DNA from: an uncultured Actinomycetes bacterium
GTDB lineage: Bacteria > Actinomycetota > Thermoleophilia > Gaiellales > Gaiellaceae
Assembly: GCA_963834825.1 (NCBI GenBank)
Contig: CAWICZ010000010.1
Location: 47,266 to 111,265, forward strand
Length of the DNA: 64,000 nt
Reading direction: 5' to 3'
Of this stretch, positions 17,641 through 27,126 are shown piece by piece. The first letter of the stretch is position 1; the number at the start of each line of letters is the position of its first letter. The notes under the pieces were generated by a model. That model saw only the letters and a list, made by a program, of their open reading frames with translations. It was not told where the DNA came from and searched no databases. Position numbers and translations under genes: made by a program.

Positions 17641-17679
17641 GGTGTACCTCCTGACTCATTGGAAGGAGCAGTCCGGGGG

Positions 17680-17844
17680 CTAGATTCGCCGTCGACGCCG
17701 CCCCGGTGTGACGGCCGCGGCGACGACCGCGGTCTTGGCAACCGGCGCGGGGCCGGGTGTGACCGCCTTGGCCACGACCGCCGTCTTCGCTACGGGGTGG
17801 CCGATGACTCCGGCTCGTCCTCTACGTCCTGGTCCGAGAGGCAT
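17680..17844 (-). CDS. Small basic Gly/Ala-rich protein (54 aa) with an internal PVAKTAVVAxAVTPG duplication
   Basis: The ATG at 17844 is preceded by GGAAGGAG and lies 1 nt after the upstream stop. MPLGPGRRGRAGVIGH resembles the N-terminus of the SHOCT protein at 24568-24828. Confidence 0.45.
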   Translation of the reverse strand: MPLGPGRRGRAGVIGHPVAKTAVVAKAVTPGPAPVAKTAVVAAAVTPGRRRRRI

Positions 17845-17845
17845 G

Positions 17846-18331
17846 TCATTCTCCTTCCGTCGCAGATGCTTCATCGGCCTCGATGGAGGCGATGATCGCT
17901 TGAATGGGGATTCTTCCGGTGGCGATCAGTTGGCCGCCGGAATGCCGCACCGCCGATGCGAATGGCGCAGCCCACAGGTTCTCCCAGATGAGAACCCCGG
18001 CGGTGCTTCCCGGGTCCATGGCGGCGGCGAGGTGCGCGACGTCCTCCTCCGCCAAGAACTCTGCCAATTGGGCTTCGACTGCCTGGAGCGGCCCGAGCTC
18101 TTCGATGTCCGAGAGCTCCATCGCATCGACGGTGCCGTCCTCGTCCTTCGTCAGGATCAGCACGTCGATCACGCGGATGGTTCCTGATTCGACCAACGCG
18201 ACCAACTCTCGAGCCATCTCGCCCGTGAAGTTGCTGGCGGCGGCGGGAAACTCGACGACGATGTAGTCGATGGGACCCAGCGAGTCGAGGTCCGTCTTCT
18301 CTCTGGCGGCCTCAGTGGTGATGTCAGTCAT
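17846..18331 (-). CDS. DUF6325-like cytosolic protein
   Basis: PIDYIVVEFPAAASNFTGEMARELVALVESGTIRVIDVLIL...IWENLWAAPF is a recurrent actinobacterial family that co-occurs with SHOCT and small membrane proteins (recollection). Confidence 0.65.
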   Translation of the reverse strand: MTDITTEAAREKTDLDSLGPIDYIVVEFPAAASNFTGEMARELVALVESGTIRVIDVLILTKDEDGTVDAMELSDIEELGPLQAVEAQLAEFLAEEDVAHLAAAMDPGSTAGVLIWENLWAAPFASAVRHSGGQLIATGRIPIQAIIASIEADEASATEGE

Positions 18332-18399
18332 AAAAACTCCTTAGTGCGTAGGCGACTACGCGGTAGCGGCGGTCGTTGTCGGAGACCATGGGTGAGCCC

Positions 18400-18807
18400 T
18401 TAGCGTTCGGGGTCGAGTTCGGCCACGCTCTCGCTCCAGCGCGCGGTCAGCGCGTAGAGCACGATGATGTTCAGTGCCACCGCAGTCAGTGACCAGAGCG
18501 GGGTCTGAGTGTTGCCAAGGAAGCCGAGCTGGACGATGAAGTTCACACCGACGACGACGATCGCGAACCAGCGCGCCCACCCCTGCCCGGCGGCCAAGCC
18601 GAGACCTGCGAGAACGAGCAGCACTCCCCAGATCAGCATCGTCCAGCCCCAGCCCGTCAGGTCGAAGACGAGGAAGCCCGACCCAGTGGGCACGTAGTAC
18701 TCGTCCTCGAACAGGGCGATGAGGCCCTGGAAGAAGTCGATCCCGCCGATGATCACCAGCAGGATTCCGGCGAAGCCGATCCAGCCCGCCATGCTCTTGG
18801 AATTCAT
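18400..18807 (-). CDS. Integral membrane protein (4 TM, 135 aa)
   Basis: RBS GGGAGG is present. There are four clear hydrophobic helices (WIGFAGILLVIIGG..., WTMLIWGVLLVLAGLGL..., FAIVVVGVNFIVQLGF..., LTAVALNIIVLYAL). Confidence 0.7.
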   Translation of the reverse strand: MNSKSMAGWIGFAGILLVIIGGIDFFQGLIALFEDEYYVPTGSGFLVFDLTGWGWTMLIWGVLLVLAGLGLAAGQGWARWFAIVVVGVNFIVQLGFLGNTQTPLWSLTAVALNIIVLYALTARWSESVAELDPER

Positions 18808-18945
18808 CTCTACCTCCCTCTCTGAACGTCATATAGGAACAGCTAGTCCACGATGGTCGCATGTGATCGCGACGAACGTGACGACGAGGGCCAGGACGAG
18901 GATCAGGAACACGATCCCTCTCGGTTTACTTCGACTTGTCGAGGC

Positions 18946-19119
18946 TCAGGCGTACTCGTTGCTCGTGGGCCTCATGAACGCCCCGAACATCCAGAGCAGG
19001 GGGAAGAAGATCCCGAAGAAGAACAACCACCCGTGTCCATTTCTCAGCGTCGCTAGGCCGAGGGTGAAGAGCACGACCGCGTACAGGATGACTCCACCTA
19101 TTCCGATGAACCACCACAT
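18946..19119 (-). CDS. Small membrane protein (57 aa, below the ORF-track cutoff)
   Basis: The ATG at 19119 has AAGGAG 5 nt upstream. The product MWWFIGIGGVILYAVVLFTLGLATLRNGHGWLFFFGIFFPLLWMFGAFMRPTSNEYA has two TM helices. Confidence 0.55.
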   Translation of the reverse strand: MWWFIGIGGVILYAVVLFTLGLATLRNGHGWLFFFGIFFPLLWMFGAFMRPTSNEYA

Positions 19120-19270
19120 TGTTTCTCCTTTCTTTGCTGGGTCTGTGCCGGGGGTGTCAAGTGGGCTTGGACCCGTTTACAAGGGGCCGGCGAGAGAGTG
19201 GGACGGCGATGAGTGCCAGGGTTGCCCAGATCACGCTGCCGAGACTGCCACTCGCGGCCCAAGGAGAAAA

Positions 19271-19299
19271 CACCCAGGAAGCCCGTTCACCCGGGTGAA
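19271..19299. promoter_or_regulatory. Palindrome copy 1: CACCC-N10-TTCACCCGGGTGAA
   Basis: The core at 19286-19299 is perfect. CACCC lies at 19271-19275. The element is 167 nt upstream of the minus-strand start at 19119. Confidence 0.6.
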
Positions 19300-19591
19300 A
19301 CGGATCCGCTGGAGCGCGTCAGCCGGCCTCGGCGACGGTCTCGGGCGGAGGTCCTCCCCCGGCCTCGAGCTCTCGCACGGCCAGGCGACGGAACGACGCG
19401 AAGCCCAGCGCGACGAGACCGCCGAGGAGGTCAGGGTGTCCCTTCAGGTCCAGCGCCAGCTTGCACAAGCTCTCCGCGCAGAGCTCCGCGAGCTGAGGCG
19501 CGCCCATGCGGCTCAGCTCCTGCAGCTGAAACGCGCACTCGCGCTGCTCCAGCGGCGCGTCGACAGGTTGCGCCCGAGGCCCTGATCTCGT

Positions 19592-21966
19592 TCACATGGC
19601 TCCGAGCTCCCGCGCGCGCGCAACGGCTTCCTGCCGCGACGAGACTCGAAGCTTCTGGTAGATCGACCTCGTGTGCGAGTGGATCGTGTTGAAGGAGAGG
19701 AAGAGCGCGTTCCCGATCTCTCGCTTGGACAAGCCCTCGGCGAGGTAGCGCAGGACCTCGGCCTCGCGCTCCGTGAGGTCGCTGTCACCGTCGATTCGAC
19801 GGTGTGCCGGGGTCAGCGTGCGTGCGCACTTCGACGAGGCGTCCGCTCAGGACGCCCGGATCCAAACAGCTCGCAACCAGGCGTCTTCGCCTCGGCGAGC
19901 AGCGCGCGCGCGGAAGCTGGCCCCTCCAGGGCGCGGCGCACCGGGGCAGCGACCAGCAGCGAATCGGCGACCTCGAGCGGCTGGCCGCGGACCCGCAGGT
20001 TCGCGAGACCCCGGTGCAGCAGCGGCTCCGCCTCCTCGTGCTCCCCACCGCGGGCGAGCGCGGCGCCCAGGGCGACATAGGCGACGCCTGCGCCGGGCTC
20101 GTCTGCGACACCGTGCAGCTCGAGCGTGCTCACTGCCCGGCGGGCCGCCGCCACGCTGGCGTCGACGTCGTCGGCCTCGAGAGAGATCCGTGCACGGAGG
20201 GCTTTGGCGATGCCGGCTACGAGCCATTGCTTCGAGCGCGCCGCCAGGAAGGCCGCCTGCTCGAGCGGAGCGCGCGCCACCTCGTGCTCCCCCGCGAAGA
20301 GCCGGGCCCAGCCGAGTGCCAGGAGTGAGAGGGACCGCCCGCTCGACAGGGTGTCGCCTTGCAGCTCGCAGACTCGGTTGGCGGCGCCCAGCATCCCGTC
20401 GGAGTCGCCCCACGGGAAGCAGGCGCGGGTGAGGGCGGTCGCGGCCTCGAACGAGAGGCCGCAGCGCATGGGGCCGTCGAATCGGGCGGCCTCGGCGGCC
20501 TCAAGCGCAGCCAGCGAGTCTTCCCGGGAATTGAGGACGCCCAGCGCCCACGCCTTGACGAGCGCAAGCCGCCCATCGCGCTCGACGTTCGTCAACGGAA
20601 GCGCCTCCAGCTGGCGGAGGCTCGCCTCGGCATACCCCTGCTGGAGAGACGGACGCCAGCCTTCGAACACCAGCGTGATGGCCGTCTCGAGCTCGTCGGC
20701 GGCTACAGCGTGACGTACGGCCTCGTACCCGTCGCCGGCCGCCGCGTACCACTCGGACGCTCGCCGGTGCACCTCGCGGGCGTGCTCGGCGTCACTCCGC
20801 AGCAGCTGGTTTCGGAGGACCTCCGCGAACAGCTGGTGATAGCGGTACGACTCGCGGCGGTCGTCGAGCGGGACCAGGAAGAGATTCGCGCGCTCGAGCT
20901 CCACGAGCAGCTCCGCGGAGCCCTGCCGCTGTACGGCCGCGTCGCAAAGCGGCCCGTTCATTGAGTCGAGGACCGACGTCTCGAGCAGGAACAGCCGACT
21001 GTCTTCGTCCAGCGTGTCGAGGACGACCTCGGTCAGGTAGTCGACGACGTGCCGGTTCGCGCCGCCGAAGCGTTCGACGAAGCCGGCCCGGTCGGGTGCC
21101 CGTGCGAGCGACAGCGCCGCGAGGCTCATGCCAACAGGCCAGCCCTCCGTGCGCTCGTGGAGCACTCTCAGGCTCTCGGCCTCCAGGCCTAGCTGCAACG
21201 TCTCGTTGAGGAAGGCGGCTGCCTCCTCCTGCGTAAAGCAGAGATCGGCGGCGCGGGCCTCGACCAGCTCGTCGAGCGCGCGCAGCCTCGCCAGTGGAAT
21301 CGGCGGGTCCGATCGTGTCGAGAGGGCGACCGTGACGTTGCGCGGCGCCCGCTCGAGGAAGAAGGTGAGCGAGTCGTGACAGATGCGATTGGTGATCTCC
21401 TGGTAGTCGTCGAGAACGAGGACGAGGTCCTCGCCGACGGCCTCCAGGTCGTTCAGAAGGGCCGGGACGACCGTCTGGACGACGTCGGGGCGGGGCTGGC
21501 ATAGCTCGGTCAGGGCGCCGTCATCGCAGTCCGTGGCGGCGTTTCGGATCGCGTGAACGATGTAGCTCCAGAGCGCGACCGGATCGTTGTCCCCCGAATC
21601 GAGAGAGACACAGGCGAAGGGGCGGTCGTCGAGGTCGCGCCACTGCGCGAGCACGGTGGTTTTCCCGAAGCCCGGCGGCGCAGCAAGCAGGATGAGCGTC
21701 GGAGCCGACTCCTGCAGCACGTCGGTGAGGCGTGGTCGCGCGAGGACGTCCCGCGGCGCGCGAACCCGTTGAAGCTTCGATTCGAAGAGGACGTCGCCGT
21801 CGGATGTGCCCCTCGTGAGCGTGTCAGCCGAGGCGAGCGTTGCGCTCACCGCCATGCGACCTTGGAGTTCCGGGACTCCGACGAAATAGCGTGTGGGGGG
21901 ACACGCGCGTCGGTCACCTTGCCTCCCGTCTCTTCGCGCTTCCCTCGAAGCATCCGTTACGGGCAT
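19592..21966 (-). pseudogene. MalT/LuxR-family large ATP-binding regulator, split by two frameshifts before the HTH
   Basis: The 717-aa ORF has P-loop LLAAPPGFGKTT and TPR-like repeats. The expected LVASCLDPGVLSGRLVEV segment sits in a second frame. The LuxR HTH LTEREAEVLRYLAEGLSKREIGNALFLSFNTIHSHTRSIYQKLRV sits in a third frame that ends at 19592. Confidence 0.75.
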
Positions 21967-22121
21967 CGCCAGCGTCGCTCACCAGGCACTCGAGGACAAT
22001 GAGGCGTGCACGGAGCTTTCCGTGGTGCCTGCACCCCGAGGCAGAGACCTGCCGGCCACTCGGCGCGACACCTGAGAGTCTCCTTGCCTACGCGCGCGCG
22101 GGCGATCACGCTTCGGCTTCA

Positions 22122-22541
22122 GTGCCGCTTCAAGAACCGACGCGGGTCGGCGTCCTCGTCGTGGACGACCAGACCCCCTTCAGACGCGTGGCCCTCGAAG
22201 TGGTCGCGGCAACCCCGGGTTTCGAGCCGTTGGGCGAGGCAGCCTCGGGCGAGGAGGCACTGGCGCTGGTGGCCCAGCTGAGTCCCGAGCTCATCCTCCT
22301 GGACGTCCGCATGCCGGTGATGGACGGGATCGAGACGGCCCGCCGGCTCAGCGCCGTGCATCCTGGAGGGGTCGTCGTCCTGATCTCCATCGACGACCCC
22401 GCCGAGTTGCCCCGGGAAGCCGAGTCTTGCGGGGCCAAGGCGCTGATCCGCAAGCAGGACTTCGGATCCCTTGCCCTGCGCCGGCTCTGGGACGCGCATG
22501 GGGGCCCGTACCGTCGGGCCTCTGCTGCCGCCCCGCCATAG
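22122..22541 (+). CDS. Stand-alone response-regulator receiver (REC) domain protein
   Basis: VLVVDDQTPFRR...LILLDVRMPVMDGIETARRL...KALIRK is a receiver domain with no output domain. An in-frame GTG lies at 22122. Confidence 0.7.
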   Translation: MPLQEPTRVGVLVVDDQTPFRRVALEVVAATPGFEPLGEAASGEEALALVAQLSPELILLDVRMPVMDGIETARRLSAVHPGGVVVLISIDDPAELPREAESCGAKALIRKQDFGSLALRRLWDAHGGPYRRASAAAPP

Positions 22542-22584
22542 GTATCTTCGGGCCGACAGCAGCGAGCCGAAACGAGGTGGCCTC

Positions 22585-24414
22585 GTGTCGAGCGTTGGGT
22601 ATGTGAATGCTGTCGCCCAGGAAGGCGCGCCCCAGCGACGGGGTGCGCTGATCGTCGCCGGAGCCGGGGGCTTGGTGCTCTGCGGTCTCGCCTTCGCCGT
22701 CGTTCTTACGAGTGACCAGCCCGGCAACCGGCCGCTGATCGCGCTCGGCCGCGTCCTCATCATCGCCGTGCCAATCGCTGTCGGGATCTGGCTCTGGAGC
22801 CAGCCCCAATACGAGCGCTTCGGTCGTGTGCTCGTCGCCGCCGGCTACATCTGGTTCCTCCCGACGCTCTCGGAGTCGAGCGACTCGGTGCTGTACAGCA
22901 TCGGCCGCATCGGCGCCTGGATGGCCGAGGCGGTCGTGATCTTCCTGATGCTCTCGTTCCCGTCCGGACGGCTGAGGACGATTCCCGAACGGGTGGTGGT
23001 CTGGGCGATAGTGATCGCGCCCACGGTGCTCTTCGCGCCGGTCTCGCTGATTGTCGAGCGCTTCCCCGAACCGACACCGTGGGCGTCGTGCGGGATGGAC
23101 TGCCCGGCCAACGCCTTCATGGTGATCGAGTCCGAACCGGCCTTCGTGGACGCGTGGCTTCAGCCGTTCCGAGAGTTGGTGGCGGTCACGATCTTCTTCG
23201 CGACCGCGGTACTGCTCGGACTGCGGATCCGACGCGCCTCCCACCTGATGAAGCGGACGCTGGCGCCGGTGCTGGTCGTCGCGATCATTCGCTGCCTCGC
23301 CGTCCCGATTTATGTGGCCCTGGAAAACCAGTCGTCGACGGTCGCACTCCACCTCGTCGGGTGGATCTTCATCCTCGGCCTTCCGGGCATTGCGCTCGCG
23401 TTCCTCGTCGGCGTGCTTCGCAGGCGCCTCTACGCCGGTAGCGCACTTCAGCGCCTTGCCCGTCGGCTGCGGGACGACCCGAACGTGGACCTGCCCGTCG
23501 TCATCGGCGAGGCCATCGCGGATCCGTCGCTCGAGGTCGCCTACTGGACGCCTGGGCTTCGGGGACCGTGGGTTGACGAGAACGGCCGCAGCGTCACGCT
23601 CCCCGGCAAGGACTCGGCGCGCTCGACGACGGAGGTCCGCGGCCGCGACGGTCCCGTGGCCCTTCTCATCCACGATCGCGCCCTGGACGACCAGGATGAA
23701 TTTCTGGGAGCGGTGGGGTCCATCGCTGTGGCGGCCCTCGAGAATCGCCGTCTCGCTGCGCAGGTGGACGCTTCGCTCGAGGAGCTACACGATTCGCGTG
23801 CTCGAATCCAGGCCGCGGCGGATGCCGAACGGCAGCGCATCGAGCGCGACCTCCACGACGGGGCGCAGCAACGTCTCGTCGCGCTCAGGGTGAGGCTGGA
23901 ACTGGCCGGCGAGCTCATGGGTGAGGACCCTGGACGCGGCGGCACGCTCGTGCGCGAGCTCGGATCGGAGGTGGAGGAGGCACTCGAGGAGGTCCGCGCG
24001 CTCGCGGGGGGCATCTACCCGTCGCTCCTCGCCGATCGGGGGATCGTTGAGGCGCTTCGGTCCGCCGCGGGGCGGGCTCCAGTCCCGATGACGATCGACG
24101 GCGACGGCGTCGGCCGCTATGCCCCGGAGCTCGAGAGCGCCGTCTACTTCTGCTGCCTCGAGGCCATCCAGAATGCCGCGAAGCATGCCGAGGGCGCCAG
24201 CGCCGTCTCGATCACGATCGCGGACGACGGTGCCGTCCGCTTCGCCGTCCGGGACGACGGCATCGGGTTCGACATCGAGAGCGCCGGTCGGGGCCGAGGC
24301 CTGACGAACATGCACGACCGTCTCGCCGCCGTAGGCGGCGAGCTGACGATCGAGTCGGCACCGGGAGAGGGCACCAGCGTCCTCGGCGTGATTCCTGGGT
24401 CTCGATTCGGCTAG
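22585..24414 (+). CDS. Sensor histidine kinase (HisKA_3 / NarX-type) with a polytopic N-terminal sensor
   Basis: Boxes present: H-box ERQRIERDLHDGAQQRL, N-box LEAIQNAAKHA, and G-boxes DDGIGF and GRGLTNMHDRL. There are about seven N-terminal TM helices. GAGGTGG precedes the GTG at 22585. Confidence 0.85.
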   Translation: MSSVGYVNAVAQEGAPQRRGALIVAGAGGLVLCGLAFAVVLTSDQPGNRPLIALGRVLIIAVPIAVGIWLWSQPQYERFGRVLVAAGYIWFLPTLSESSDSVLYSIGRIGAWMAEAVVIFLMLSFPSGRLRTIPERVVVWAIVIAPTVLFAPVSLIVERFPEPTPWASCGMDCPANAFMVIESEPAFVDAWLQPFRELVAVTIFFATAVLLGLRIRRASHLMKRTLAPVLVVAIIRCLAVPIYVALENQSSTVALHLVGWIFILGLPGIALAFLVGVLRRRLYAGSALQRLARRLRDDPNVDLPVVIGEAIADPSLEVAYWTPGLRGPWVDENGRSVTLPGKDSARSTTEVRGRDGPVALLIHDRALDDQDEFLGAVGSIAVAALENRRLAAQVDASLEELHDSRARIQAAADAERQRIERDLHDGAQQRLVALRVRLELAGELMGEDPGRGGTLVRELGSEVEEALEEVRALAGGIYPSLLADRGIVEALRSAAGRAPVPMTIDGDGVGRYAPELESAVYFCCLEAIQNAAKHAEGASAVSITIADDGAVRFAVRDDGIGFDIESAGRGRGLTNMHDRLAAVGGELTIESAPGEGTSVLGVIPGSRFG

Positions 24415-24522
24415 CGGTTCACCGAACGCTGGCCGAGCGTCCCGACGTGCATCCAATGCCTTCCGTGACGCACCCAGCTAGGCGTCGCGGGCGTTCTCCG
24501 CGACGGTCGCGCCGGAAGACAC

Positions 24523-24551
24523 CGCCCGCCGGACGCGTTCACCCGGGTGAA
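24523..24551. promoter_or_regulatory. Palindrome copy 2: CGCCC-N10-TTCACCCGGGTGAA (20-bp perfect palindrome GCGTTCACCCGGGTGAACGC)
   Basis: The core lies at 24538-24551, between the convergent ends of the kinase gene (24414) and the SHOCT gene (24568). Confidence 0.6.
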
Positions 24552-24567
24552 CGCGCCCGGCCAACGG

Positions 24568-24828
24568 CTAGCCGTCGAGGACCTGCTGCTTCTGCTGCGC
24601 AAACTCCTCTTCGGTGAGGGCTCCGGAGTCCCGGAGCTCCGCGAGCTTCTGGATGTCCGCGGTCTTCTCGTCCATGGTCCGCCCCGCAGGCTCCTCCGCA
24701 GGCGGTTCGGCGTACTGCTGCTGGTCGGCCTGCGCCTGTTCGTCCGCGACCTTGTTCGCGTGATGGCCGGCCAGCATGGCTCCGCCGACAACCGCTCGGC
24801 GTCTCATGCGACGTCTGGGTCCTGGCAT
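24568..24828 (-). CDS. SHOCT domain-containing small protein
   Basis: The C-terminal IQKLAELRDSGALTEEEFAQQKQQVL is a SHOCT motif. The N-terminus is basic: MPGPRRRMRRRAVVGGAML. Confidence 0.7.
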   Translation of the reverse strand: MPGPRRRMRRRAVVGGAMLAGHHANKVADEQAQADQQQYAEPPAEEPAGRTMDEKTADIQKLAELRDSGALTEEEFAQQKQQVLDG

Positions 24829-24852
24829 TGACCTACCTCCTTCTGTCGATGT

Positions 24853-27090
24853 TCATGACGTTGCGTTTGCGGTCTGGAGCTTGCTCCCAAGGCCCTCGAT
24901 GATCAGACCGGCTCCGCTCGTGACTGCTTCCTTGGCGTTGCCGTTCTGCAGCGAGCCGCCGACTGTGCCTGCCGTCTGGACCAGAGTGGCGACGGCGCCC
25001 TTGAGCGCCTCCCGCTTGCCCGGGTCCTGAAGCATCTGCCCGACGATGAGGAGGAACTGGTCGATCCCGGGCTTTACCTGCCCTGACGAGAGCAGAGGGC
25101 CTCCGAAGCCCTGCAGCCCTTCGACCGCCTCCTGGACGTTGCCCGCCACGGCCCGGCTCTTGAGCTTGTCCCCGAAGATGCCGGCGAACATCGCAGCCGA
25201 CATCGCGGCGGCCCCCTGCAGCGCCTCGGTCGGGCTGGCCTTGCCGCTCTGGACGTCCTTCGCCCCGAGCCGGGAGGACACAGCATCGATGAACAGTCCG
25301 GTCGCCTGCGCGGTCATCTGCTGGACGTCCGGCTTTTGGAGCTCGGCCCCGAGGGTGCCTGCAACCTCGACCATCGAACCGGCTGCGGCCTTGAAGTCGT
25401 GGCGCTCCTTCGCGTCCTTCAGGGCCGGGAGGGCTTCCTGTACGGCCGCCTGCGCCCCTTCGCGGACGGCGTCGGAGCGCCAGGCCGCTTCACGGACCAT
25501 CGACGTGATCGTGGTGAGCGCAGCCTTTGCCTGCTCTGCCTGCGCCGCGTTGGGCACCACCTGGCCGAGCAGTCCGTAGCCGAGCAGCTGGGCGCCGTCG
25601 GTCAGCGTGCGGATCGCATGCGTCACGTCGCCCGCCGCCTTGCCGAACTGCTGCGCGCCGATGAGCGCCGACAGCGGGATGTCCGTCGTCATCAGGTCGC
25701 CGAACGCTTCGCTGAAGTCCTCGATCGTGTGCCGCTGCACGTCGGCCGGGGTGAAAACCGGGCCCCCGATCTCGGTCGCCTGGATCTCGGCGCTCAGGAG
25801 GTCATTCTTCGAATACTGCGGGGTCGGGACGCGGAACGAGGTTGGGATCTCGCCGCCGAACATGGCACGGAATTCCGACGGGGCGAAGGACCGGGTCGAC
25901 CTCATGTTGGCCGAGTCGGAGACAGCCCAGTCGCGCGTCCAGACCGCGTCCTTCGTCACGTTGACGACGACGCCGTCGGGGGCGCCGAAGCAGAACAACC
26001 CCTGCCAGTGCTGCCGGATGCCCGCCAGGCACTCGCTCACGAGGTCGCGATCGAAGGCCATGTGGGTGACCATGCCGATGCGGGGATTGACCTGGTCGAT
26101 CATGTAGCCCGTTGCGTAGTGGTCGGTGTGCACGAGGTCGATCGTCGAGTTGTAGATCGCCGCCGGAATGCCGGTCTTCCGCTCCATGGTGGCCCCGAGA
26201 TCCGGCTGCAGCTCCGTCACGAAGACGTCGACGCCCTGCGCGTACTCCACCGTGTTCGTGTCGGGCCGGCCGTCGCCCGTCCACACGAAACTGAGGCCGT
26301 TCCAGTCGAGGCGGTAGGCGGACGCGCCGTCCATGTTGTGCGAGCGGCGCCAGTGCCGGACCGTGACACCGTTCTTGTCGTAGCAGATGCCGTTGTCGTC
26401 GGTGTAGTCGAATTCGTTGACCTCGACCTCGTAGCCGTCACCGATCGGGCTCGCGTTGAACGACTTCGTGTGCCAGTGGGTCATCCTCTTCATGCCGTCG
26501 ATCATGTGGCCGATGCCTTCGTCCTTCGTGCGGCCCGAAGGCCCGTGCACGCGGAGCGGAGTCCACCGCCCCGCCCAGGGGGCGAAGCAGAAGAGGTAGG
26601 GCAGCTCGCCGTAGTGGTCCACGTGGAGGTGGGTGAAGAAGATGTCGTTGATGGTCTGCAGCGGCACCTGCGCCGCCAGGATGTTCCGCAGGCTCCCTGG
26701 ACCGAAGTCGAAGAAGAAGCGGTCGCCGTTCCCGAGCTCGACGCAGATGCAGGTCGCCGCCTGGTCGCGCTTCGGGGGGAACGGGCAAGAGCCCATGAAC
26801 GTGATCCGCATTTCGTCCGGCCCGATCTCCTCCGACGTCGGAAAGAACGTGCTGTTGCTGTTCAGGTACGGCGTCGGCTTGAAGTAGGGCGGTATCGAGA
26901 TGCCCTGGCCGCCCCCACCGCCATACGGGCTCGCCGGCGGCGGGGACGCAGCCGACGTCTTCTTCGCCGCCGCGCGCGGAGCTGCGGCCTTGCTCGCCGC
27001 CGGCTTCTTCGCAGCCGCCTTGCGCGCGGCCGGTTTCTTCGCGGCCGCCTTACCTGTCGCCTTGCTGCTTGTCGTTCGCTTTCGTGCCAA
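24853..27090 (-). CDS. MBL-fold metallo-hydrolase with a Lys/Ala-rich N-terminal tail and a roughly 330-aa Ala/Gly/Gln-rich C-terminal extension
   Basis: The HxHxDH motif FFTHLHVDHYG is present. The N-terminus KATGKAAAKKPAARKAAAKKPAASKAAAPRAAAKK is H1/HupB-tail-like. The long low-complexity helical C-terminus was not recognised. Confidence 0.8.
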   Translation of the reverse strand: MARKRTTSSKATGKAAAKKPAARKAAAKKPAASKAAAPRAAAKKTSAASPPPASPYGGGGGQGISIPPYFKPTPYLNSNSTFFPTSEEIGPDEMRITFMGSCPFPPKRDQAATCICVELGNGDRFFFDFGPGSLRNILAAQVPLQTINDIFFTHLHVDHYGELPYLFCFAPWAGRWTPLRVHGPSGRTKDEGIGHMIDGMKRMTHWHTKSFNASPIGDGYEVEVNEFDYTDDNGICYDKNGVTVRHWRRSHNMDGASAYRLDWNGLSFVWTGDGRPDTNTVEYAQGVDVFVTELQPDLGATMERKTGIPAAIYNSTIDLVHTDHYATGYMIDQVNPRIGMVTHMAFDRDLVSECLAGIRQHWQGLFCFGAPDGVVVNVTKDAVWTRDWAVSDSANMRSTRSFAPSEFRAMFGGEIPTSFRVPTPQYSKNDLLSAEIQATEIGGPVFTPADVQRHTIEDFSEAFGDLMTTDIPLSALIGAQQFGKAAGDVTHAIRTLTDGAQLLGYGLLGQVVPNAAQAEQAKAALTTITSMVREAAWRSDAVREGAQAAVQEALPALKDAKERHDFKAAAGSMVEVAGTLGAELQKPDVQQMTAQATGLFIDAVSSRLGAKDVQSGKASPTEALQGAAAMSAAMFAGIFGDKLKSRAVAGNVQEAVEGLQGFGGPLLSSGQVKPGIDQFLLIVGQMLQDPGKREALKGAVATLVQTAGTVGGSLQNGNAKEAVTSGAGLIIEGLGSKLQTANATS

Positions 27091-27126
27091 CGTCCGTCGA
27101 CCTCCTTCGTTTCTCCTTGGTGGTTC

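Noticed and set aside
19319-19507. A 62-aa ORF between the LuxR HTH and palindrome 1.
   Set aside because: It is helical and in the same frame as the HTH, but it has no RBS and no recognisable motif. Support is insufficient.
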